Below are positions 17,221 to 26,518 of a DNA stretch of 64,000 nt, piece after piece. This DNA is from Kosmotogales bacterium. GTDB taxonomy: Bacteria; Thermotogota; Thermotogae; Petrotogales; Kosmotogaceae. The notes under the pieces are model-generated. The model was not told the origin of the DNA, did no database searches, and was given only the letters and a program-made list of their open reading frames with translations. The stretch is from contig JASGMR010000003.1 in NCBI GenBank assembly GCA_030156385.1, positions 250-64,249 on the forward strand, read 5' to 3'. How positions within the stretch are numbered: the stretch's first letter is position 1; the number at the start of each line of letters is the position of its first letter. Both the position numbers and the translations under genes were made by a program.

Positions 17221-17773
17221 CGTTATCCCCTCCTAATGAGTTTTCCATATCATTTATTAGTTCTGTAAGTATTTTAACCTTTTTTGGAGAAAATATGAAA
17301 TCTTTTCCTAAAATATTTTCTACACTTTCAGTTGAAATTTCATAACTTTCACCATTTTTCGTTCTTTGTATTTGCCAATAAAAATTTTCTCTCATTGTAA
17401 AAATAATCGTTAAAGCGTCAGGAATATTACCAATCGGTTGACAGTCAATATTGCTGGTTATAAAAATAGCACTTACTTTCGTACCTGTTCCCTTTTCGGA
17501 TTTAATCGTAAAATTCCCGCCGGTTTGCTCTGTTGCGTATTTTAAAAGTGGAAGACCCAGACCAAATTTTATCTTTTTTTTCTTTTCGGTATAAAATGGG
17601 TCCAGAACGAGTTCTAATTTCTCTTTAGAGATTCCTTTTCCAAAATCCTGAACGGAAAATGAAAAAAACTCATCCCCTTCTTCCTGAATGTTTAAAATTG
17701 CGTTTTCGGAACCGGAATTAACAGCATTTTCACAAATATCGATTATATGATCGGCGATGTATTTCAATCCCAT
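17213..17773 (-). CDS. Stand-alone histidine-kinase-like ATPase (HATPase_c) protein
   Basis: 186 aa. N-box ENAVNSGS, G1 DFGKGI, G2 GLGLPL, no DHp/H-box. Overlaps the neighbouring genes at both ends. Confidence 0.7.
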   Translation of the reverse strand: MGLKYIADHIIDICENAVNSGSENAILNIQEEGDEFFSFSVQDFGKGISKEKLELVLDPFYTEKKKKIKFGLGLPLLKYATEQTGGNFTIKSEKGTGTKVSAIFITSNIDCQPIGNIPDALTIIFTMRENFYWQIQRTKNGESYEISTESVENILGKDFIFSPKKVKILTELINDMENSLGGDNGV

Positions 17774-18495
17774 ATTAATTCTACCTTTCCTTCGTCATTG
17801 AGCAAGCAATTCCTTAAATCTTCAAATGTCCTTTTTTTCATGGAAATCTTCATCGGTACTTTTAAGGTTTGAATAGAATGAGCATCACTGGATTTGATTT
17901 TTTTAAGGTTATCATAGAATTCGAGTGATTTCAGATCTTTTTTAAAATTTACTTCGGTAATTATTCGCTGATCATTGTTCACAATGTTTATAAAACCCAA
18001 TTGATATATTATACCCATTTTTCTATTAACATGCGAAAAAGCAAAAAAGCCTCCAAAGTCATGAATTGAATCGATTGCCTCATCAATATTTATTTCTGCC
18101 GATTGTCCCAGCCATTTATCCTCTGTGGCTATATAGTTATCTTCATCATTTATGTACAACTGATATCCAAATTTCTCAGGATCTATTTCAAAATCGGGGA
18201 TTTTTTTATAAAGCCATTTTGAATAACTTTCGGCCGCATCCACAGATGGAAAATATCCGAGTATATGAACATCTTCCAGCGTTTGAACCTCAATGCCTGG
18301 AATTACACGGATCCCTTTTTTTGAAACCACTTCAGAAAAAACTCTGACATTACCGGTTGTATTATGATCTGTTATTGAAATCAAATCTATTCCCAGTTCC
18401 ACCAGCTTTTCTGAAATCAATTTTGGTGTCATAGTTATGTCCGCACATGGTGATAAACAACTATGAATATGTAAATCGCAGTTAAAAAATTGCAT
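17764..18495 (-). CDS. PHP-domain metal-dependent phosphoesterase
   Basis: N-terminal CDLHIHS...SPC...ITDHNT pattern of the PHP domain, and later H/D ligands (SHVN, SSDAH). Confidence 0.75.
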   Translation of the reverse strand: MQFFNCDLHIHSCLSPCADITMTPKLISEKLVELGIDLISITDHNTTGNVRVFSEVVSKKGIRVIPGIEVQTLEDVHILGYFPSVDAAESYSKWLYKKIPDFEIDPEKFGYQLYINDEDNYIATEDKWLGQSAEINIDEAIDSIHDFGGFFAFSHVNRKMGIIYQLGFINIVNNDQRIITEVNFKKDLKSLEFYDNLKKIKSSDAHSIQTLKVPMKISMKKRTFEDLRNCLLNDEGKVELIWD

Positions 18496-18827
18496 TAAAG
18501 ACCCAATTCTATAATTTTTTTGACTGTTTCAAAAGAATTTTGGTTTGATTTCAGCAAAACAACGTTGTTCAATTCCGCTTTTTCTTTTGTCCCCTTTTCG
18601 TAATTCAATCCATTACATAAAATGATGACCTTAGTTGAAGTGATATTGGCTACCGCTATAATGTTTATATGTGATTGGACCGTCAGCCATACAGAGCCTT
18701 CCTTCGCATTGCCCATAACATCGCTTAATAAATCTCCAATATAGACATTTTTAACTTCTTCATCGAAATTATCTCCCGAATAAACAGACAAGCCACATTT
18801 TTTAATTAACTCTGCAATTTTAACCAT
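18495..18827 (-). CDS. DRTGG-domain protein
   Basis: 110 aa. IGDLLSDVMG..., VIILCNG..., VVLLKS... pattern. Paralogous in layout to the 122-aa protein at 19795-20163. Confidence 0.6.
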   Translation of the reverse strand: MVKIAELIKKCGLSVYSGDNFDEEVKNVYIGDLLSDVMGNAKEGSVWLTVQSHINIIAVANITSTKVIILCNGLNYEKGTKEKAELNNVVLLKSNQNSFETVKKIIELGL

Positions 18828-18832
18828 TTTTA

Positions 18833-19792
18833 TTAGACTCCCCCCGTTTTATTATAGAAGCTCATTTCTACCACAACACCCTTTCCTACCTCCGAAACGA
18901 CGACCATTTTATCCGAATATCTTTTCATATTTACCAATCCAATTCCCGCTCCGAAACCGAGTTCTCTCACGTGATCAGAAGCGGTTGAAAACCCCTCTTG
19001 CATGGCCTTGTCGACATTTTCAATTCCCTTTCCATGGTCTTCAATTCTTACGTTTATTTCTTTATCGTTGAACCAGCAATAAAGATAACCATTACTACCG
19101 CTGTGAATAACAACGTTCACTTCAGCTTCGTAAGTGGCAATTGAAGCTTTTCTAACTAACTCAGGGTTGTTCATTTTTGAATTCAAAAATTTTTTTAATC
19201 TTGCCGCTCCCATTCCGGCCAGATTTACATCGGTATACTGTATGTGAAACTCGAAATCAGCCTCTTTTTTATCTAAAGTATTTCCAGTTATCAGTGATTT
19301 ATTGAACCATTCCATTTCTTTATTGAGTATTTCTTCTCTTCTGACATCATGATCATATATGATTGTAAACTGCCCCAGGATCGTTTCCAGAATATCGTTT
19401 TTTGTGATCAGGCCCTTTAGTACATTATTTTTATCAACGACCGGAAATCTTCCAAAATCGAATCTGTTGAATTTTTGAATGATTTTTTCCATATTATCTT
19501 CCGGAGCAACCGTTATAACACTTTTCGTCATATGATTTTCCAGAAGGTCCGATATATAATTTTTCTCAAGTGCTACAATTATATCTTCGATACTCACAAT
19601 TCCTATTAAGCATCTTTTCTTATCTATAATGGGAACTCCGGAAATCTTTTTTATTCTCATTAATTCTTTGGCCTGCCAGAGAGTGTGACCTCTGTTTAAG
19701 AAAACCACATCTTTTTTCATTATATTCTTGGCCTTGATATGGGAAAATATTTTATGAAACTTTTCAAAATAAAAATTTACGTCTTTATCCAT
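18833..19792 (-). CDS. CBS-pair + RsbW/SpoIIAB-like HATPase (Ser/Thr kinase-type) fusion protein
   Basis: N-terminal tandem CBS (...GVPIIDKKRCLIGIVSIEDI..., ...RFPVVDKNNVLKGLITKNDI...). C-terminal N-box EAEVNVVIHS, G1 DHGKGI, G2 GFGAGIGL. Confidence 0.75.
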   Translation of the reverse strand: MDKDVNFYFEKFHKIFSHIKAKNIMKKDVVFLNRGHTLWQAKELMRIKKISGVPIIDKKRCLIGIVSIEDIIVALEKNYISDLLENHMTKSVITVAPEDNMEKIIQKFNRFDFGRFPVVDKNNVLKGLITKNDILETILGQFTIIYDHDVRREEILNKEMEWFNKSLITGNTLDKKEADFEFHIQYTDVNLAGMGAARLKKFLNSKMNNPELVRKASIATYEAEVNVVIHSGSNGYLYCWFNDKEINVRIEDHGKGIENVDKAMQEGFSTASDHVRELGFGAGIGLVNMKRYSDKMVVVSEVGKGVVVEMSFYNKTGGV

Positions 19793-19794
19793 TC

Positions 19795-20163
19795 TTATAA
19801 TGATTCACCCCTCGAGTCCTGAAGTCCGAGTTTGTATAAAAGACCGCATGTTTTGTAAGTAGAGGAGGTCAAATGCAGAAGAGGAACTTCTAAAGCTGCA
19901 GCGAGTTGAATGGTTGCATCCTGGACGCTTAGCTTTCTCACTATTAAAACTGCGGATGCACCGACAACCGAAGCCGTTCTTACGCATTGCGGCGAATTTA
20001 AACCTGTTATTAAGAGCATTCCAGGTTTTCCGAAAACTAAAACATCACTCATGAGATCGGCGGTTCCAACAGATTCAATAATTATATTATTGTAATCTGG
20101 AGTTTTATTCAAAACTTTACAACCCAAATACTCCACTACTTCGGTCAGTTTCAATCTATTCAA
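19795..20163 (-). CDS. DRTGG-domain protein
   Basis: 122 aa. GTADLMSDVLV..., MLLITGL..., AVLIVRK..., VPLLHL... pattern. Start overlaps the thyX stop by 8 nt. Confidence 0.6.
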   Translation of the reverse strand: MNRLKLTEVVEYLGCKVLNKTPDYNNIIIESVGTADLMSDVLVFGKPGMLLITGLNSPQCVRTASVVGASAVLIVRKLSVQDATIQLAAALEVPLLHLTSSTYKTCGLLYKLGLQDSRGESL

Positions 20164-20842
20164 CTCCTTTCAAAATATCACCTTTATAATTGTATTTTAT
20201 GAAAGCTTCATAAGTATTCGGACATTTTTCTTCGAATATTTTTGCAATGGCTTTAGCGTATTCCTGTATTTCAAATTGAGCATGTCCATCTGCTCTTAAG
20301 TTCAGAAAATTCATCAGACTTCTGACGTTGATTGTCCAGTAAAACTCTGTGTACATGGAAACGGGCAGCACGATTCTTGCCAGCTCTTTTGCTATTCCAA
20401 GTTCTCTGAGTTTTCTATATTCTTCAAATGATCTTTGAATGGATTCTTCAATTTTCTTCAATCCCTGAGAATTCAGATTCTCATCTGAGGACAGTTTCGA
20501 TCCCTGAAGGTTTATATTATCATCGGTTCTTATCTTTTCCGGAATATACCAGTCCTCTTTGAATTCGGTGTATCTTCCGCTTCTTTCATTTACCGAAGAG
20601 ATTCTATGTCTTATCCATTGTCTCATGACAAATATAGGTGTTTTAATATGAAATTTAAACACTATATGTTCAAAAGGAGTATGATGACCATTCTCCATTA
20701 AGTAAAACAAAAGTTTTCTATCTCTTTTTATATTGGTCAGTCCTTTTCCATAACTAACCCTCGCAGCCTGAACAGCAGACATATCGTTTCCGAGCATTTC
20801 TACGAATCTTACGAAGCCTTTATCAAGAATTTTTATTTCCAT
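20156..20842 (-). CDS. thyX: FAD-dependent thymidylate synthase
   Basis: ThyX signature RHRxxSxxxxSxR seen as RHRISSVNERSGRY. 228 aa. Confidence 0.9.
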   Translation of the reverse strand: MEIKILDKGFVRFVEMLGNDMSAVQAARVSYGKGLTNIKRDRKLLFYLMENGHHTPFEHIVFKFHIKTPIFVMRQWIRHRISSVNERSGRYTEFKEDWYIPEKIRTDDNINLQGSKLSSDENLNSQGLKKIEESIQRSFEEYRKLRELGIAKELARIVLPVSMYTEFYWTINVRSLMNFLNLRADGHAQFEIQEYAKAIAKIFEEKCPNTYEAFIKYNYKGDILKGVE

Positions 20843-22007
20843 TTTTTAGCAGATTATCCCTCTCTTTTTTTTTATTTCTTTTATGGATATATTCTAACAG
20901 AAAGAGTGCCACAATGACACCGGTAATAATTGGTAACACACTTTTTAAAAAAATATTAAAAACATGATCAAATCTGAGTTTTTTCAAAGCATTTTTGACT
21001 TCTTCAGATGATTGCTCATAATCGTTCACCTGAAGATAATACCTTGCGAGACCCTTATCACCATCTTTATAGTAATAATGGGACAAACCGAGGTTTTTTA
21101 ATGAATTATAATTCGATGCATCATATACAAGTGAATCACCGTAATATTCTATTGCCTTTGAGAACTCATCATTTTTATAGTAAATATTTCCCAGTACTTC
21201 ATAAAGAACCGAAGTGAGTTTTTTATCAATTTTTGTTCTGTCAACACTCTTTAAAACGGTTTCGGCATCGATTGTTTCTCCCAGTTTGTAAAACGAAATT
21301 CCCCAGTAGGTTTTCAATTTATTGTAATCCGCATCATTTTCAGAAATATAATCGAATATTTTTAAAACTTCACTGTAGTTTTCTAAGTTGAACTCTGCAG
21401 TTAACAATTCGGAATACAGTGCTTCTATTTCATTGTTCAGAATATCGTCTTTTATTTTTTCTATTTCGTCTGCCGAACCAAACTTTGAATTTGTGTTGTA
21501 GTATAAAAGAGCATACAATGTGTACAACGATCCGGGATATTTTTCATGAAGGTCTTCAGAAATCGAAATTAATTTATCAGCGGTTTTCGGATCTTTAGTA
21601 TATTTCCAGTCATGAAACAAAACATGCAGATAATAGAAGTTCAAAAGATCACTTTTATTTTGAATAGAATCTATTTCCTTAATAATTTTTACCGAAGATT
21701 TCATAAATTCTTTTGATAATCCAAAAATAATTCCGATTTCTTCAGTCAGATTGTCTGTATTTATATTTTCTGAAGTCCTGTAAAATCTGCGTTCATATTT
21801 TTTATCTAAAGAATCTTTGTATAAAAAAGAATTAACGATTGCATAGGCCGCCTGCCAATTGGAAGAATCGTCGGCCTTAAGAGATAAGACATATTCCATA
21901 TCCGTATCCATAAACGTTTGAAGTAAATCTTCGTTGGAAAAACAGAAAATTAATGGAGTAAAACACAAGAAAAAAATTATTTCCAGAATTTTCCACTTTT
22001 TACCCAT
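20823..22007 (-). CDS. TPR-repeat protein with N-terminal signal and C-terminal TM anchor
   Basis: Several A/Y/L-patterned 34-aa TPR-like units (e.g. YEVLGNIYYKNDEFSKAIEYYGDSLVYDASN). C-terminal helix VLPIITGVIVALFLL followed by a basic tail. Confidence 0.6.
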   Translation of the reverse strand: MGKKWKILEIIFFLCFTPLIFCFSNEDLLQTFMDTDMEYVLSLKADDSSNWQAAYAIVNSFLYKDSLDKKYERRFYRTSENINTDNLTEEIGIIFGLSKEFMKSSVKIIKEIDSIQNKSDLLNFYYLHVLFHDWKYTKDPKTADKLISISEDLHEKYPGSLYTLYALLYYNTNSKFGSADEIEKIKDDILNNEIEALYSELLTAEFNLENYSEVLKIFDYISENDADYNKLKTYWGISFYKLGETIDAETVLKSVDRTKIDKKLTSVLYEVLGNIYYKNDEFSKAIEYYGDSLVYDASNYNSLKNLGLSHYYYKDGDKGLARYYLQVNDYEQSSEEVKNALKKLRFDHVFNIFLKSVLPIITGVIVALFLLEYIHKRNKKKERDNLLKNGNKNS

Positions 22008-22771
22008 AATCCCTCCTCACTGGAATTTAAAACATCGTTAATAACGATAAATGCTTTAGGGTTTTCAGAAAATTGGATGAAAATACCCGTTCCCTTTGAA
22101 GAAGAGGTTTTTTCGATGTCAAAATAATTGCACTTGAACGAGTCAAAATCTTCAATTATTTGTACTTTGTTATCCTTTTTTAAAGCCTTCTGGCCTTTTT
22201 CAAGATGCAATTCTCTTCCCCTGTTCCAGTCAAATAATCTGTATGTCAGGTCGGAAGCCTGCTGTATTTCAATTAATTCGGTGTCCGGTCCTATAGCGTG
22301 AACCGTACCGGCTTTTATAAAAGCAAAATCTCCTCTTTTCAATTTGTAAAAATCCAGATCTTCTTTTTTTATATCTTTCAACGGTTTATCGAAACTTTTT
22401 TTTACCCCGCCTGCAATTTGGCCGTTGTTAAGGAGGTACCAGCATTCATTTTTTCCCCACGGCTCGTTTTCAAGTTCTTTTGCCAGATCATCGTCGGGAT
22501 GAACCTGTACGGATACCCACTCTTTTGTTGAAATTAACTTTATTAAAATAGGAAATCTGTTGATTGAATTTTTCGCAAAATAATTTTTAAAATCATTCAG
22601 GTTATATTCTTTTTTAGTATTTATATCTTTTAATTTTGTTTCCATATTCTTTACATCGGAAACATACCATATTTCACCGATAGGGTCCTGATTATCTATT
22701 TTATAATTTTCATTGATCCTTCTGTCTCCCCATGGCCTTGGAGAAAATACGGGAATACATTCTAAAATCAT
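21977..22771 (-). CDS. manA: Class I mannose-6-phosphate isomerase (short cupin form)
   Basis: PWGDRR, GEIWYVSD, zinc-site VQVHPDD, NECWYLL, AGTVHAIGP motifs. Confidence 0.75.
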   Translation of the reverse strand: MILECIPVFSPRPWGDRRINENYKIDNQDPIGEIWYVSDVKNMETKLKDINTKKEYNLNDFKNYFAKNSINRFPILIKLISTKEWVSVQVHPDDDLAKELENEPWGKNECWYLLNNGQIAGGVKKSFDKPLKDIKKEDLDFYKLKRGDFAFIKAGTVHAIGPDTELIEIQQASDLTYRLFDWNRGRELHLEKGQKALKKDNKVQIIEDFDSFKCNYFDIEKTSSSKGTGIFIQFSENPKAFIVINDVLNSSEEGLWVKSGKFWK

Positions 22772-22780
22772 TTTATCCTC

Positions 22781-23707
22781 CTAAATTTTCTTTACGGTTA
22801 TTTTCTCTTTTAATTCTAACACTTTTTCGATTTTACACAGCTCTGTTCCGGGTGTTGTAACGGTTGCAGTGCTGGCAGCCGCAGCCAAAGTTAAGGACTC
22901 TTCAATCGAAAAATCAGATTCTTTTCCAAGGATAAAACCTGCGAGAAATGAATCCCCCGCACCGACAGCGCTTTTCACCTTTACTTCGGGAATAGAAATG
23001 CTGTAGAATTCCGAGTCAATATAACATAAAGCGCCTTCGCTCCCGAGTGTCAGTAAAATTTCTCTTATGTTGTATTTGTTTTCTATTTCAACACACGCTT
23101 TTTTATAACTATCTATTGAGGACAATTCTTTGTTCAATAATCTTTCCATTTCGAATTTGTTGGGTTTTATGCCCGTGGGAGAAGCCTTTACACCGTATTT
23201 GAACGCATCTTTATCAGAATCCAAATAAGTAAAAATATCTTTTTCATTCAATCTTTCTATGAGATCTTTATAAACCGTATCTTTATAACCACGTGGAGGT
23301 GTGCCCGTTAAAACAACGGTGTCTCCCTTCCTTACCAGCATGTTAATAGTTTTAATGATTTTTTCCTGGTCCATCCTGTTTACATTTGGACCTTTCATGC
23401 TCATTCTGTATTGCTTTGTTTTTTCCTGAATTAAAATGTTCATTCTGGTTTCTTCTTCCACTATTACGTTGGTATAGACCACTCCTTCTTCATCAAGCAT
23501 CTGAAGTAATCTGTTTCCATTGTTACCTCCAACGATTGTTATTGCGACGGTATGACCTTTCAATTCATTTATAACTCTTGATACATCTATTCCTTTGCCT
23601 GCAGGATAATCTTTAATTTTATTCACTCTTACTGTGTCATCCTGAATTAATTTATCAACATATAAAAAACGATCAAGTGCCGGGTTTAAAGTCAAAGTAA
23701 AAATCAT
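22781..23707 (-). CDS. PfkB-family sugar-phosphate kinase (1-phosphofructokinase / tagatose-6-P kinase type)
   Basis: N-terminal TLTLNPALD, GG motif, C-terminal GAGDSFLAG anion hole. Confidence 0.8.
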   Translation of the reverse strand: MIFTLTLNPALDRFLYVDKLIQDDTVRVNKIKDYPAGKGIDVSRVINELKGHTVAITIVGGNNGNRLLQMLDEEGVVYTNVIVEEETRMNILIQEKTKQYRMSMKGPNVNRMDQEKIIKTINMLVRKGDTVVLTGTPPRGYKDTVYKDLIERLNEKDIFTYLDSDKDAFKYGVKASPTGIKPNKFEMERLLNKELSSIDSYKKACVEIENKYNIREILLTLGSEGALCYIDSEFYSISIPEVKVKSAVGAGDSFLAGFILGKESDFSIEESLTLAAAASTATVTTPGTELCKIEKVLELKEKITVKKI

Positions 23708-23843
23708 CGATTATACCTCCGTAAAGTTGTTTAATTATAACATAGAGCGAATAACGAATTGTAAGAATACGATTATAAAATAAATTTATTTTGTATAATT
23801 GTCATTTTTAATTAATACTTTTCAAAATTGAATTATCTTTTTT

Positions 23844-23852
23844 TGATATAAT
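23844..23852 (+). promoter_or_regulatory. Extended -10 element (TGATATAAT) upstream of the PFK gene
   Basis: TGnTATAAT match about 31 nt upstream of the ATG at 23883. No good -35. Confidence 0.3.
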
Positions 23853-23882
23853 TCTTTAGACTTAATAAACGAGGTGAAAAAT

Positions 23883-25112
23883 ATGAAAAAAAATGCTATA
23901 TACGGACAATCAGGCGGAGTGACTCCCGTTATAAACAGTTCTGCCGCAGGAACTATCAGAGCGGCTATATCCAGTGATAAAATTGAGAGAGTCTATGTTT
24001 CATTAAATGGAATTGATGGGATACTGAAGCAAAATATTGTTGATATGACCGTTGAAAATCCCATGGAAATTGAGAAAATATCGTATGCACCGGGAGCGAT
24101 TTTCGGTTCATGCAGGAGAAAACTTACGGAAGAGGATTACGATAAAATATTCAAAATATTTTCTCTTAACAATATTGGATATTTTTACTACAACGGTGGC
24201 AACGATTCGATGGAAACTGCTCATTTAATAGCAAAAAAAGCTGAAAAAATAGGATATGATTTAAAAGTAATAGGAATACCGAAAACCGTGGATAATGATC
24301 TTATGAAAACCGATCACTGCCCCGGATTTGGATCGGCTGCCAAATTTACTTCTATAGCCATGCTGGAGGCAACGAAGGATTTAAAATCAATGCATACGAG
24401 TTCAACTCAGGTGTTTATTTTGGAATCGATGGGAAGACATGCGGGATGGCTTGCGGCCTCAGGGGTTTTGGCCGGAATAAACGGTGAGGAAATACCGGAA
24501 ATAATATTGATGCCCGAAGTCCCTTTTGATCAGGATAAATTTCTGCAGAAAGTGGAATATTCTTTACTCGATGATGGATTCTGTGCGATTATTGCTTCGG
24601 AAGCATTGACCGGTGCGGATGGGAAATTCATTTCCACATCGGATTTTGTTGATGAGTTTGGCAACGTTCAACTCGGTAAAGTGGGAATTTATCTTGAAAA
24701 GTTAATAAAAAATAATCTGGGGAAAAAAGTTCACGTTTCTTTACCCGATTATCTGCAGAGATCTTCAAGGCACATCGCCAGTTTTGTTGACTGGCAGGAA
24801 GCATCCCAGGTCGGTACAGTTGCGGTTATTTATTCGACCGAATATGGAATGACGGACAAAATGGTCGCGATTGTAAGAGATAATAACGATCCGTATATAT
24901 CACATTTTGAACCGGTGGAACTAGAGGGAATAGCCGGGGAAACCAAGATCATGCCTTCGGAGTTCATCGGAGAGGATAATATGAGTGTCAGTGAAAAATT
25001 TATTGAATATGTGAGACCCTTGATTAAAGGTGAGGCACCGAATTTATTTTTAAATGGTATACCGACGTATCCAAAATTAAAATTAAAAAATATTTCAAAA
25101 AAGGAAATATAA
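23883..25112 (+). CDS. pfp: 6-phosphofructokinase, long Pfp-like (probably PPi-dependent) type
   Basis: GQSGGVTPVIN, GGNDS (Asp where ATP-PFKs have Gly), PKTVDNDL, MGRHAGWLA. The ATG at 23883 has a GAGGTG RBS; the ORF track starts at the GTG at 23874. Confidence 0.75.
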   Translation: MKKNAIYGQSGGVTPVINSSAAGTIRAAISSDKIERVYVSLNGIDGILKQNIVDMTVENPMEIEKISYAPGAIFGSCRRKLTEEDYDKIFKIFSLNNIGYFYYNGGNDSMETAHLIAKKAEKIGYDLKVIGIPKTVDNDLMKTDHCPGFGSAAKFTSIAMLEATKDLKSMHTSSTQVFILESMGRHAGWLAASGVLAGINGEEIPEIILMPEVPFDQDKFLQKVEYSLLDDGFCAIIASEALTGADGKFISTSDFVDEFGNVQLGKVGIYLEKLIKNNLGKKVHVSLPDYLQRSSRHIASFVDWQEASQVGTVAVIYSTEYGMTDKMVAIVRDNNDPYISHFEPVELEGIAGETKIMPSEFIGEDNMSVSEKFIEYVRPLIKGEAPNLFLNGIPTYPKLKLKNISKKEI

Positions 25113-25123
25113 GGAGTAATGAT

Positions 25124-26356
25124 TTGAATAAAGTAGAATTGCTGGCTCCTGCTGGAGATCTTGAAAGATTGAAATTTGCTTTCATTTATGGTGCCGATGC
25201 GGTTTATATAGGTGGAGAAAGATATAGTTTAAGAGCATCGGCGAAGAATTTTACTCTTGAACAAATAAATGAGGCCGTTAATTTTGCTCACAAGCTGAAC
25301 AAAAAAGTTTATATTGCAATCAACATTTTTGCTCACAATCAGGATCTTGAGGGTTTAGAAGAATATTTAATCTCTTTGAAAAATTTAAATGTGGATGCTT
25401 TTATTATTTCCGATCCTGCGATAATTGAAGTTTCAAAAAAAGTAGCACCGGAAATGGAAATTCATTTGAGCACTCAGGCGAATACGACCAATTATCTTTC
25501 CGCATTGTTCTGGAAAAAGATCGGAATTAAAAGAGTGGTTATTGCGAGAGAGCTCAATTTCAATGAAATAAAACAGTTCAGTGAAAATTTAAATGGAGAA
25601 ATACAATTGGAAGCTTTTGTACACGGAGCGATGTGTATTTCATATTCGGGCAGATGCTTAATAAGTAATTTTTTACTGCAAAAGGATGCGAACAGGGGAG
25701 AATGCAAGCATCCATGCAGATGGAGATATTCTCTCGTTGAAGAGACCAGACCGGGAGAATATTTTCCGGTGGCCGAAGATGATAGAGGTACATATTTTTT
25801 CAATTCAAAAGATTTATGCATGATCGAATATATTCCTCAACTGATAGAATCCGGAATTCGAAGTTTGAAAATTGAAGGAAGAATGAAATCCACACTTTAT
25901 ATAGCTACAGTTGTGGGGGCATACAGAAAAGCGATCGATGAATATTACAAAAATCCGGATCACTGGCTTTTTAAACACGAATGGATGGATGAACTGAAAA
26001 AATCAACTCACAGGGATTTTACCACCGGATTTTATTTTAATAAACCGAATAACGAAGATCAGAGATATGACAACAGTAATTATATAAGGGATTATCTTTT
26101 CTGCGGAATAGGGAAAGGTTACGATGAATCGCAGAATTTAAGTTTGGTTCAACAGAGATACAGGATGTTCACAGGGGAAAAAGTTGAAATATTGGGATAT
26201 GATCTTTCCGAATCAATAGAAACGAAAATTGGAAAAATGTACGATGATAATGATCAGGAAATCAGCGTTGCTCCCAATCCGATGAAAATGATAAAAATAG
26301 ATTTGGGATTTCCCATTAAAGAAAATTATATAATAAGAAAAAAAAGAGAGGAATGA
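25124..26356 (+). CDS. Peptidase U32 family protein
   Basis: ELLAPAG start, EAFVHGAMCISYSGRC motif, 410 aa. TTG start with AAGGAG RBS. Confidence 0.8.
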   Translation: MNKVELLAPAGDLERLKFAFIYGADAVYIGGERYSLRASAKNFTLEQINEAVNFAHKLNKKVYIAINIFAHNQDLEGLEEYLISLKNLNVDAFIISDPAIIEVSKKVAPEMEIHLSTQANTTNYLSALFWKKIGIKRVVIARELNFNEIKQFSENLNGEIQLEAFVHGAMCISYSGRCLISNFLLQKDANRGECKHPCRWRYSLVEETRPGEYFPVAEDDRGTYFFNSKDLCMIEYIPQLIESGIRSLKIEGRMKSTLYIATVVGAYRKAIDEYYKNPDHWLFKHEWMDELKKSTHRDFTTGFYFNKPNNEDQRYDNSNYIRDYLFCGIGKGYDESQNLSLVQQRYRMFTGEKVEILGYDLSESIETKIGKMYDDNDQEISVAPNPMKMIKIDLGFPIKENYIIRKKREE

Positions 26357-26370
26357 ATCCTCTCTTTTTT
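26342..26370. terminator. Bidirectional rho-independent terminator
   Basis: Stem AAAAGAGAGG / CCTCTCTTTT (26342-26351 / 26359-26368) with a 7-nt loop and flanking A/T runs. Lies between convergent genes and overlaps the U32 stop codon. Confidence 0.7.
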
Positions 26371-26518
26371 ATTTGATGAGTAAAATTCTTAAAATCATGG
26401 GAACTATTATCATAGCGCTCATTACCCATTCCCATTTTTTTGCATGTTTAAACGTCGTGTACAGAAGGATGCCGGCCAAAAATACAGTTATTATTATATA
26501 AATTGCCGTAATTATCAT
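26369..26518 (-). CDS. Small (49 aa) two-helix membrane protein coupled to the DctM-like permease
   Basis: Below the ORF-track cutoff. ATG at 26518 overlaps the permease stop (ATGA). Product MIITAIYIIITVFLAGILLYTTFKHAKKWEWVMSAMIIVPMILRILLIK. Terminator follows directly. Confidence 0.35.
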   Translation of the reverse strand: MIITAIYIIITVFLAGILLYTTFKHAKKWEWVMSAMIIVPMILRILLIK

